Below, piece after piece: positions 29,701 through 41,700 of a DNA stretch of 64,000 nucleotides. The stretch spans positions 8,945,612 through 9,009,611 of the forward strand of contig CM082594.2 in assembly GCA_040954595.2 (NCBI GenBank), in the 5' to 3' direction. The stretch comes from Balanoglossus misakiensis. Lineage: Eukaryota > Animalia > Hemichordata. Positions within the stretch are counted from its first letter, which is position 1, and each line of letters begins with the position of its first letter. The notes under the pieces are model-generated. The model was not told where the DNA came from. It made no database searches and worked only from the letters and a program-made list of their open reading frames with translations. A program made the translations under genes and the position numbers.

Positions 29701-32700
29701 ACAGTTTCATCCGGGGATGTTGTTGTTTCTACTCCTTCTGTTGATGTCAACACACCTGCTGTAGATCGCAGCTCAGTTGATGTCAACACATCTGCTGTTG
29801 ATTGCTGTTCAGTTGATGTAAAAACCTCTGCTGTTGACGGTTGCTCAGTTGATGTAAACCTTGCTGTTGCAGCGACAGTTTCATCCGGGGATGTTGTTGT
29901 TTCTACTCCTTCTGTTGATGTCAACACACCTGCTGTAGATCGCAGCTCAGTTGATGTCAACACATCTGCTGTTGATTGCTGTTCAGTTGATATAAAAACC
30001 TCTGCTGTTGACGGTTGCTCAGTTGATGTAAACCTTGCTGTTGCAGCGACAGTTTCATCTGGGGATGTTGTTGTTTCTACTCCTTCTGTTGATGTCAACA
30101 CACCTGCTGTAGATCGCAGCTCAGTTGATGTCAACACATCTGCTGTTGATTGCTGTTCAGTTGATGTAAAAACCTCTGCTGTTGACGGATGCTCAGTTGA
30201 TGTAAACCTTGCTGTTGCAGCGACAGTTTCATCCGGGGATGTTGTTGTTTCTACTCCTTCTGTTGATGTCAACACACCTGCTGTAGATCGCAGCTCAGTT
30301 GATGTCAACACATTTGCTGTTGATTGCTGTTCAGTTGATGTAAAAATCTCTGCTGTTGACGGCTGCTCAGTTGATGTAAACCTTGCTGTTGCAGTGACAG
30401 TTTCATCTGGGGATGTTGTTGTTTCTACTCCTTCTGTTGATGTCAACACACCTGCTGTAGATCGCAGCTCAGTTGATGTCAACACATCTGCTGTTGATTG
30501 CTGTTCAGTTGATGTAAAAACCTCTGCTGTTGACGGTTGCTCAGTTGATGTAAACCTTGCTGTTGCAGCGACAGTTTCATCCGGGGACATTGTTGATTCT
30601 ACTCCTTCTGTTGATGTCAACACACCTGCTGTAGATCGCAGCTCAGTTGATGTCAACACATTTGCTGTTGATTGCTGTTCAGTTGATGTAAAAATCTCTG
30701 CTGTTGACGGCTGCTCAGTTGATGTAAACCTTGCTGTTGCAGTGACAGTTTCATCTGGGGATGTTGTTGTTTCTACTCCTTCTGTTGATGTCAACACACC
30801 TGCTGTGGATCGCAGCTCAGTTGATGTCAACACATCTGCTGTTGATTGCTGTTCAGTTGATGTAAACACATCTGTTGTTGATGGCAGCTCAGTTGATGTA
30901 AACCCTGCTGTTGCAGTGACAGTTTCTTCCTGTGATGTTGTTGATTCTACTCCTTCTGTTGATGTAAACACATCAGATGTTGATGGCTGCTCAGTTGATG
31001 TAAACCCTGCTGTTGCAGTGACAGTTTCATCCAGGGATGTTGTAGATTCTACTCCTTCTGTTGCTGTTAACACACCTGCAGTTGATGGCTGCTCAGTTGA
31101 TGTAAACCTTGCTGTTGCTGTGACAGTTTCTTCCTGTGATGTTGTTGATTCTACTCCTTCTGTTAATGTAAACACATCTGCTGTTGATGGCTGCTCAGTT
31201 GATGTAAACCCTGCTGTTGCAGTGACAGTTTCATCCAGGGATGTTGTAGATTCTACTCCTTCTGTTGCTGTTAACACACCTGCAGTTGATGGCTGCTCAG
31301 TTGATGTAAACTTTGCTGTTGCTGTGACAGTTTCTTCCTGTGATGTTGTTGATTCTACTCCTTCTGTTGATATCAACACATCTGCTGTTGACGGCTGCTC
31401 AGTTGATGTAAACCTTGCTGTTGCAGCGACAGTTTCATCAGGGGACCTTGTTGATTCTACTCCTTCTGTTGATGTAAACACATCTGCAGTTGATGGCTGC
31501 TCAGTTGATGTAAACTTTGCTGTTGCAGTAACAGTTTCATCCGGGGATGTTGTTGATTCTACTTCTTCTGTTGATGTAAACACATCTGCAGTTGATGGTT
31601 GCTCAGTTGATGTAAACCCTGCTCTTGCAGTAACAGTTTCATCCGGGGATTTTGTTGATTCTACTTCTTCTGTTGATGTAAACACATCTGCAGTTGATGG
31701 CTGCTCAGTTGATGTAAACCTTGCTGTTGCTGTGACAGTTTCTTCCTGTGATGTTGTTGATTCTACTCCTTCTGTTGATGTAAACACATCTGCTCTTGAT
31801 TGCTGCTCAGTTGAAGTAAACCTTGCTGTTGCTGTGACAGTTTCTTCCTGTGATGTTGTTGATTCTACTCCTTCTGTTGATGTCAACACACCTGCAGTTG
31901 ATGGCTGCTCAGTAGATGTAAACCTTGCTGTTGCAGTGACAGTTTCATCCTTGGATGTTGTTGATTCTAATCCTTCTGTTGATGACAGCACACCTGCAGT
32001 TGATTGCTGTTCAGTTGATGTAAACACATCTTCTGTTGAAGGCAGCTCAGTAGATGTAAACCTTGCTGTTGCAGTGACAGTTTCATCCGGGGATGTTGTT
32101 GATTCAACTCCTTCTGTTGATGACAACACACCTGCTGCTGATTGTTGTTCAGTTGATGTATACACTTCTGCTGTTGATGGCTGTTCAGCTGATGTAAATC
32201 TTGCTGTTGCAGTGACAGTTTCATCTGGGGATGTTGTTGATTCAACTCCTTCTGTTGATGACAACACACCTGCTGTTGATTGCTGTTCAGTTGATGTAAA
32301 CACATCTGCTGTTGATTGCTGCTCAGTTGATGTAAACCCTGCTGTTGCAGTGACAGTTTCATTCGGGGATGTTGTTGATTCTACTCCTTCTGTTGATGTC
32401 AACACACCTTCTGTTGATTGCTGCTCAGTTGATGTAAACACATCTGGTGTTGATGGCTGCTCAGTTGATGTAAACCCTGCAGTTGCAGAGACAGTTTCCT
32501 CCGAAGATATTGTTGATTCTACTCCTTCTGTTGATGTCAACACACCTGCTGTTGCTTGCTGTTCAGTTGATGTTAACCCTGCTGTTGCAGTGACAGTTTC
32601 CTCCGGAGATGTTGTTGATTCTACTCCTTCTGTTGATGTCAACACATCTGCGGTTGTCTGCTCCTTCGTTGATGTAAACACATCTGGTGTTGATGGCTGC

Positions 32701-35700
32701 TCAGTTGATGTAAACCCTGCAGTTGCAGAGACAGTTTCCTCCGAAGATATTGTTGATTCTACTCCTTCTGTTGATGTCAACACACCTGCTGTTGCTTGCT
32801 GTTCAGTTGATGTTAACCCTGCTGTTGCAGTGACAGTTTCCTCCGGAGATGTTGTTGATTCTACTCCTTCTGTTAATGTCAACACATCTGCGGTTGTCTG
32901 CTCCTTCGTTGATATAAACATATCTGCTGTTGATGGCTGCTCAGTAGATGTAAACCTTGCTGTTGCAGTGACAGTTTCATCCGGGGATGTTGTTGATTCC
33001 ACTCCTTCTGTAGATGTCAACACATCTGCTGTTGATGGCTGCTCAGTTGATGTAAACCCTGCAGTTGCAGAGACAGTTTCCTCCGAAGATATTGTTGATT
33101 CTACTCCTTCTGTTGATGTCAACACACCTGCTGTTGCTTGCTGTTCAGTTGATGTTAACCCTGCTGTTGCAGTGACAGTTTCCTCCGGAGATGTTGTTGA
33201 TTCTACTCCTTCTGTTAATGTCAACACATCTGCGGTTGTCTGCTCCTTCGTTGATATAAACATATCTGCTGTTGATGGCTGCTCAGTAGATGTAAACCAT
33301 GCTGTTGCAGTGACAGTTTCATCTGGGGATGTTGTTGATTCCACTCCTTCTGTAGATGTCAACACACCTGCTGTTGATGGCTGCTCAGTTGATGTAAACC
33401 TTGCTGTTGCAGTGACAGTTTCGTCCGGGGATGTTGTTGATTCTACTCCTTCTGTTGATGTCAACAAATCTGCTGTTGATTGGTGTTCAGTTGATGTAAA
33501 CACATCTGCTGTTGATGGTTGCTCAGAGGATGTAAACCTTGCTGTTGCAGTGACAGTTTCATCCTTGGATGTTGTTGATTCTAATCCTTCTGTTGATGAC
33601 AGCACACCTGCAGTTGATTGCTGTTCAGTTGATGTAAACACATCTGCTGTTGATGGCTGCGCAGTAGATGTAAACCTTGCTGTTGCAGTGACAGTTTCAT
33701 CCTTGGATGTTGTTGATTCTAATCCTTCTGTTGATGACAGCACACCTGCAGTTGATTGCTGTTCAGTTGATGTAAACACATCTGCTGTTGATGGCTGCTC
33801 AGTTGATGTAAACCTTGCTGTTGCAGTGACAGTTTCATCCTTGGATGTTGTTGATTCTAATCCTTCTGTTGATGACAGCACACCAGCAGTTGATTGCTGT
33901 TCAGTTGATGTAAACACATCTGCTGTTGATGGCTGCTCAGTTGATGTAAACCCTGCTGTTGCAGTGACAGTTTCATCTTTGGATGTTGTTGATTCTAATC
34001 CTTCTGTTGATGACAGCACACCTGCTGTTGATTGCTGCTCAGTTGATGTAAACCCTGCTGTTGTAGTGACAGTTTCATTCGGGGATGTTGTTGATTCTAC
34101 TCCTTCTGTTGATGTCAACACACCTTCTGTTGATTGCTGCTCAGTTGATGTAAACACATCTGGTGTTGATGGCTGCTCAGTTGATGTAAACCCTGCAGTT
34201 GCAGTGACAGTTTCCTCCGGAGATGTTGTTGATTGTACTCCTTCTGTTGATGACAACACACCTGCTGTCGCTTGCTGTTCAGTTGATGTCAACACATTTG
34301 CTGTTGATTGCTGTTCAGTTGATGTAAAAATCTCTGCTGTTGACGGATGCTCAGTTGATGTAAACCCTGCTGTTGCAGTGACAGTTTCATCCGGGGATGT
34401 TGTTGATTCCACTCCTTCTGTAGATGACAACACATCTGCTGTTGATGGCTGCTCAGTAGATGTAAACCCTGCTGTTGCAGTGACAGTTTCATCTGGGGAT
34501 GTTGTTGATTCCACTCCTTCTGTAGATGTCAACACACCTGCTGTAGATCGCAGCTCAGTTGATGTCAACACATTTGCTGTTGATTGCTGTTCAGTTGATG
34601 TAAAAATCTCTGCTGTTGATGGCTGCTCAGTTGATGTAAACCCTGCTGTTGCAGTGACAGTTTCATCCGGGGATGTTGTTGATTCCACTCCTTCTGTAGA
34701 TGACAACACATCTGCTGTTGATGGCTGCTCAGTAGATGTAAACCCTGCTGTTGCAGTGACAGTTTCATCTGGGGATGTTGTTGATTCCACTCCTTCTGTA
34801 GATGTCAACACACCTGCTGTTGATGGCTGCTCAGTTGATGTAAACCCTGCTGTTGCAGTGACAGTTTTATCTGGGGATGTTGTTGATTCCACTCCTTCTG
34901 TAGATGTCAACACACCTGCTGTTGATGGCTGCTCAGTTGATGTAAACCCTGCTGTTGCAGTGACAGTTTCATCTGGGGATGTTGTTGATTCCACTCCTTC
35001 TGTAGATGTCAACACACCTGCTGTTGATGGCTGCTCAGTTGATATAAACCCTGCTGTTGCAGTGACAGTTTCGTCCGGGGATGTTGTTGATTCCACTCCT
35101 TCTGTAGATGTCAACACACCTGCTGTAGATCGCAGCTCAGTTGATGTCAACACATTTGCTGTTGATTGCTGTTCAGTTGATATAAAAACCTCTGCTGTTG
35201 ACGGTTGCTCAGTTGATGTAAACCTTGCTGTTGCAGCGACAGTTTCGTCCGGGGATGTTGTTGATTCTACTCCTTCTGTTGATGTCAACACACCTGCTGT
35301 AGATCGCAGCTCAGTTGATGTCAACACATCTGCTGTTGATTGCTGTTCAGTTGATGTAAAAATCTCTGCTGTTGATGGCTGCTCAGTTGATGTAAACCCT
35401 GCTGTTGCAGTGACAGTTTCATCCAGGGATGTTGTAGATTCTACTCCTTCTGTTGATGACACACCTGCAGTTGATGGCTGCTCAGTAGATGTAAACCCTG
35501 CTGTTGCAGTGACAGTTTCATCTGGGGATGTTGTTGATTCCACTCCTTCTGTAGATGTCAACACACCTGCTGTTGATGGCTGCTCAGTTGATGTAAACCC
35601 TGCTGTTGCAGTGACAGTTTCATCTGGGGATGTTGTTGATTCCACTCCTTCTGTAGATGTCAACACACCTGCTGTTGATGGCTGCTCAGTTGATGTAAAC

Positions 35701-38700
35701 CCTGCTGTTGCAGTGACAGTTTCGTCCGGGGATGTTGTTGATTCTACTCCTTCTGTTGATGTCAACAAATCTGCTGTTGATTGGTGTTCAGTTGATGTAA
35801 ACACATCTGCTGTTGATGGCTGCTCAGAGGATGTAAACCTTGCTGTTGCAGTGACAGTTTCATCCTTGGATGTTGTTGATTCTAATCCTTCTGTTGATGA
35901 CAGCACACCTGCAGTTGATTGCTGTTCAGTTGATGTAAACGCATCTGCTGTTGATGGCTGCTCAGTAGATGTAAACCTTGCTGTTGCAGTGACAGTTTCA
36001 TCCTTGGATGTTGTTGATTCTAATCCTTCTGTTGATGACAGCACGCCTGCAGTTGATTGCTGTTCAGTTGATGTAAACACATCTGCTGTTGATGGCTGCG
36101 CAGTAGATGTAAACCTTGCTGTTGCAGTGACAGTTTCATCCTTGGATGTTGTTGATTCTAATCCTTCTGTTGATGACAGCACACCTGCAGTTGATTGCTG
36201 TTCAGTTGATGTAAACGCATCTGCTGTTGATGGCTGCTCAGTAGATGTAAACCTTGCTGTTGCAGTGACAGTTTCATCCTTGGATGTTGTTGATTCTAAT
36301 CCTTCTGTTGATGACAGCACACCAGCAGTTGATTGCTGTTCAGTTGAAGTAAACACATCTGCTGTTGATGGCTGCTCAGTTGATGTAAACCCTGCTGTTG
36401 CAGTGACAGTTTCATCCGGGGATCTTGTTGATTCTAATCCTTCTGTCGATGTCAACAAACCTGTGGTTGATTGCTGTTCAGTTGATGTTAACTCATCTGC
36501 TGTTGATTGCTGCTGAGTTGATGTAAACCCTGCAGTTGCAGTTACAGTTTCATCCGGGGATGTTGTTGATTCTACTCCTTCTGTTGACGTCAACAAATCT
36601 GCTGTTGATTGCTGTTCAGTTGATGTAAACATATCTGCTGTTGATGGCTGCTCAGTAGATGTAAACCTTGCTGTTGCAGTGACAGTTTCCTCCGGGGATG
36701 TTGTTGATTCCACTCCTTCTGTTGATGACAGCAAACCTGCTGTTGATTGCTGCTCAGTTGATGTAAACCCTGCTGTTGCAGTGACAGTTTCATTTGGGGA
36801 TGTTGTTGATTCTACTCTTTCTGTTGATGTCAACACACCTTCTGTTGATTGCTGCACAGTTGATGTAAACACATCTGGTGTTGATGGCTGCTCAGTTGAT
36901 GTAAACCCTGCAGTTGCAGTGACAGTTTCCTCCGGAGATGTTGTTGATTCTACTCCTTCTGTTGATGACAACACACCTGCTGTTGCTTGCTGTTCAGTTG
37001 ATGTTAACCCTGCTGTTGCAGTGACAGTTTCCTCCAGAGATGTTGTTGATTCTACTCCTTCTGTTGATGTCAACACATCTGCGGTTGTCTGCTCCTCAGT
37101 TGATGTAAACATATCTGCTGTTGATGGCTGCTCAGTTGATGTAAACCCTGCTGTTGCAGTGACAGTTTCCTCCGGGGATGTGGTTGATTCAACTCCTTCT
37201 GTTGATGACAACACACCTGCTGTTGATTTCTGTTCAGTTGATGTAAACACTTCTGCTGTTGATGGCTGCTCAGAGGATGTAAACCCTGCTGTTGCAGTGA
37301 CAGTTTCCTCCGGAGATGTTGATGATTCTACTCCTTCTGTTGATGTCAACAAATCTGCTGTTGATTGGTGTTCAGTTGATGTAAACACATCTGCTGTTGA
37401 TGGCTGCTCAGAGGATGTAAACCTTGCTGTTGCAGTGACAGTTTCATCCTTGGATGTTGTTGATTCTAATCCTTCTGTTGATGACAGCACACCTGCAGTT
37501 GATTGCTGTTCAGTTGATGTAAACATATCTGCTGTTGATGGCTGCTCAGTAGATGTAAACCTTGCTCTTGCAGTGACAGTTTCCTCCGGGGATGTTGTTG
37601 ATTCTAATCCTTCTGTCGATGTCAAAAAACCTGTGGTTGATTGCTGTTCAGTTGATGTAAACTCATCTGCTGTTGATTGCTGCTCAGTAGATGTAAACCT
37701 TGCTGTTGCAGTGACAGTTTCCTCCGGGGATGTTGTTGATTCCACTCCTGTTGATGACAGCACACCTGCTGTTGATTGCTGCTCAGTTGATGTAAACCCT
37801 GCTGTTGCAGTGACAGTTTCATTCAGGGATGTTGTTGATTCTACTCCTTCTGTTGATGTCAACATACCTTCTGTTGATTGCTGCTCAGTTGATGTAAACA
37901 CATCTGGTGTTGATGGCTGCTCAGTTGATGTAAACCCTGCAGTTGCAGTGACAGTTTCCTCCGGGGATGTTGTTGATTCTACTCCTTCTGTTGATGACAA
38001 CACACCTGCTGTTGCTTGCTGTTCAGTTGATGTTAACCCTGCTGTTGCAGTGACAGTTTCCTCCGGAGATGTTGTTGATTCTACTCCTTCTGTTGATGTC
38101 AACACATCTGCGGTTGTCTGCTCCTTCATTGATGTAAACATATCTGCTGTTGATGGCTGCTCAGTAGATGTAAACCTTGCTGTTGCAGTGACAGTTTCCT
38201 CCGGAGATGTTGTTGATTCCACTCCTTCTGTTGATGTCAACACATCTGCTGTTGATTGCTGTTCAGTTGATGTAAAAACCTCTGCTGTTGACGGTTGCTC
38301 AGTTGATGTAAACTTTGCTGTTGCTGTGACAGTTTCTTCCTGTGATGTTGTTGATTCTACTCCTTCTGGTGATGTCAACACACCTGCTGTTGATGGCAGC
38401 TCAGTAGATTTAAACCTTGCTGTTGCAGTGACAGTTTCCTCCGGAGATGTTGTTGATTCTACTCCTTCTGTTGATGTCAACACATCTGCGGTTGTCTGCT
38501 CCTTCATTGATGTAAACATATCTGCTGTTGATGGCTGCTCAGTAGATGTAAACCTTGCTGTTGCAGTGACAGTTTCCTCCGGAGATGTTGTTGATTCCAC
38601 TCCTTCTGTTGATGTCAACACATCTGCGGTTGTCTGCTCCTTCATTGATGTAAACATATCTGCTGTTGATGGCTGCTCAGTAGATGTAAACCTTGCTGTT

Positions 38701-41700
38701 GCAGTGACAGTTTCCTCCGGAGATGTTGTTGATTCCACTCCTTCTGTTGATGTCAACACATCTGCGGTTGTCTGCTCCTTCATTGATGTAAACATATCTG
38801 CTGTTGATTGCTGCTCAGTTGATGTAAACCTTGCTGTTGCAGTGACAGTTTCATCTGGGGATGTTGTTGATTCCACTCCTTCTGTTGATGACAGCACACC
38901 TGCTGTTGATTGCTGTTCAGTTGATGTAAACCTTGCTGTTGCAGTGACAGTTTCATCTGGGGATGTTGTTGATTCCACTCCTTCTGTAGATGTCAACACA
39001 CCTGCTGTTGATGGCTGCTCAGTAGATGTAAACCTTGCTGTTGCAGTGACAGTTTCATCTGGGGATGTTGTTGATTCCACTCCTTCTGTAGATGTCAACA
39101 CACCTGCTGTTGATGGCTGCTCAGTAGATGTAAACCTTGCTGTTGCAGTGACAGTTTCGTCCGGGGATGTTGTTGATTCTACTCCTTCTGTTGATGTCAA
39201 CAAATCTGCTGTTGATTGGTGTTCAGTTGATGTAAACACATCTGCTGTTGATGGCTGCTCAGTAGATGTAAACCTTGCTGTTGCAGTGACAGTTTCATCT
39301 GGGGATGTTGTTGATTCCACTCCTTCTGTAGATGTCAACACACCTGCTGTTGATTGCTGTTCAGTTGATGTAAACACATCTGCTGTTGATGGCTGCTCAG
39401 TAGATGTAAACCTTGCTGTTGCAGTGACAGTTTCGTCCGGGGATGTTGTTGATTCTACTCCTTCTGTTGATGTCAACAAATCTGCTGTTGATTGGTGTTC
39501 AGTTGATGTAAACACATCTGCTGTTGATGGCTGCTCAGTAGATGTAAACCTTGCTGTTGCAGTGACAGTTTCATCTGGGGATGTTGTTGATTCCACTCCT
39601 TCTGTAGATGACAGCACACCTGCTGTTGATTGCTGTTCAGTTGATGTAAACATATCTGCTGTTGATGGCTGCTCAGTAGATGTAAACCTTGCTGTTGCAG
39701 TGACAGTTTCGTCCGGGGATGTTGTTGATTCTACTCCTTCTGTTGATGTCAACAAATCTGCTGTTGATTGGTGTTCAGTTGATGTAAACATATCTGCTGT
39801 TGATGGCTGCTCAGTAGATGTAAACCTTGCTGTTGCAGTGAAAGTTTCATCCGGGGATGTTGTTGATTCTACTCCTTCTGTCGATGTCAAAAAACCTGTG
39901 GTTGATTGCTGTTCAGTTGATGTAAACATATCTGCTGTTGATGGCTGCCCAGTAGATGTAAACACATCTGGTGTTGATGGCTGCTCAGTTGATGTAAACC
40001 CTGCAGTTGCAGTGACAGTTTCATCCGGGGATGTTGTTGATTCTAATCCTTCTGTCGATGTCAAAAAACCTGTGGTTGATTGCTGTTCAGTTGATGTAAA
40101 CATATCTGCTGTTGATGGCTGCCCAGTAGATGTAAACCCTGCAGTTGCAGTGACAGTTTCATCTGGGGATGTTGTTGATTCCACTCCTTCTGTAGATGTC
40201 AACACACCTGCTGTTGATGGCTGCTCAGTTGATGTAAACCTTGCTGTTGCAGTGACAGTTTCGTCCGGGGATGTTGTTGATTCTACTCCTTCTGTTGACG
40301 TCAACAAATCTGCTGTTGATTGCTGTTCAGTTGATGTTAAACCTGCTGTTGCAGTGACAGTTTCATTCGGGGATGTTGTTGATTCTACTCCTTCTGTTGA
40401 TGTCAACACATCTGCTGTTGACGGCTGTTCAGTTGATGTTAAACCTGCTGTTGCAGTGACAGTTTCATTCGGGGATGTTGTTGATTCTACTCCTTCTGTT
40501 GATGTCAACACATCTGCTGTTGACGGCTGTTCAGTTGATGTAAACACATCTGCTGTTGATGGCTGCTCAGTAGATGTAAATCTTGCTGTTGCAGTGACAG
40601 TTTCCTCCGGGGATGTTGTTGATTCCACTCCTTCTGTTGATGACAGCACACCTGCTGTTGATTGCTGCTCAGTTGATGTAAACCCTGCTGTTGCAGTGAC
40701 AGTTTCATCCTGGGATGTTGTTGATTCTACTCCTTCTGTTGATGTCAACACATCTGCTGTTGACGGCTGTTCAGTTGATGTTAAACCTGCTGTTGCAGTG
40801 ACAGTTTCATTCGGGGATGTTGTTGATTCTACTCCTTCTGTTGATGTCAACACATCTGCTGTTGACGGCTGTTCAGTTGATGTAAACACATCTGCTGTTG
40901 ATGGCTGCTCAGTAGATGTAAACCTTGCTGTTGCAGTGACAGTTTCCTCCGGGGATGTTGTTGATTCCACTCCTTCTGTTGATGACAGCACACCTGCTGT
41001 TGATTGCTGCTCAGTTGATGTAAACCCTGCTGTTGCAGTGACAGTTTCATCCGGGGATGTTGTTGATTCTACTCCTTCTGTTGATGTAAACACATTTGCT
41101 GTTGATTGCTGTTCAGTTGATGTAAACCTTGCTGTTGCAGTGACAGTTTCATCCGGGGATGTTGTTGATTCTACTCCTTCTGTTGATGTCAACACACCTG
41201 CTGTTGATTGCTGTTCAGTTGATGTAAACAAATCTGCTGTTGATGGCTGCTCAGTTGATGTAAACCCTGCTGTTGCAGTGACAGTTTCATCCAGGGATGT
41301 TGTAGATTCTACTCCTTCTGTTGCTGTTAACACATCTGCTGTTGACGGCTGCTCAGTTGATGTAAACCCTGCTGTTGCAGTGACAGTTTCATCCAGGGAT
41401 GTTGTAGATTCTACTCCTTCTGTTGCTGTTAACACATCTGCTGTTGATGGCTGCTCAGTTGATGTAAACCCTGCTGTTGAAGTGACAGTTTCATCCAGGG
41501 ATGTTGTAGATTCTACTCCTTCTGTTGATGTCAACACATCTGCTGTTGATTGCTGTTCAGTTGATGTAAACAAATCTGCTGTTGATGGCTGCTCAGTTGA
41601 TGTAAACCCTGCTGTTGCAGTGACAGTTTCATCCAGGGATGTTGTAGATTCTACTCCTTCTGTTGCTGTTAACACATCTGCTGTTGACGGCTGCTCAGTT

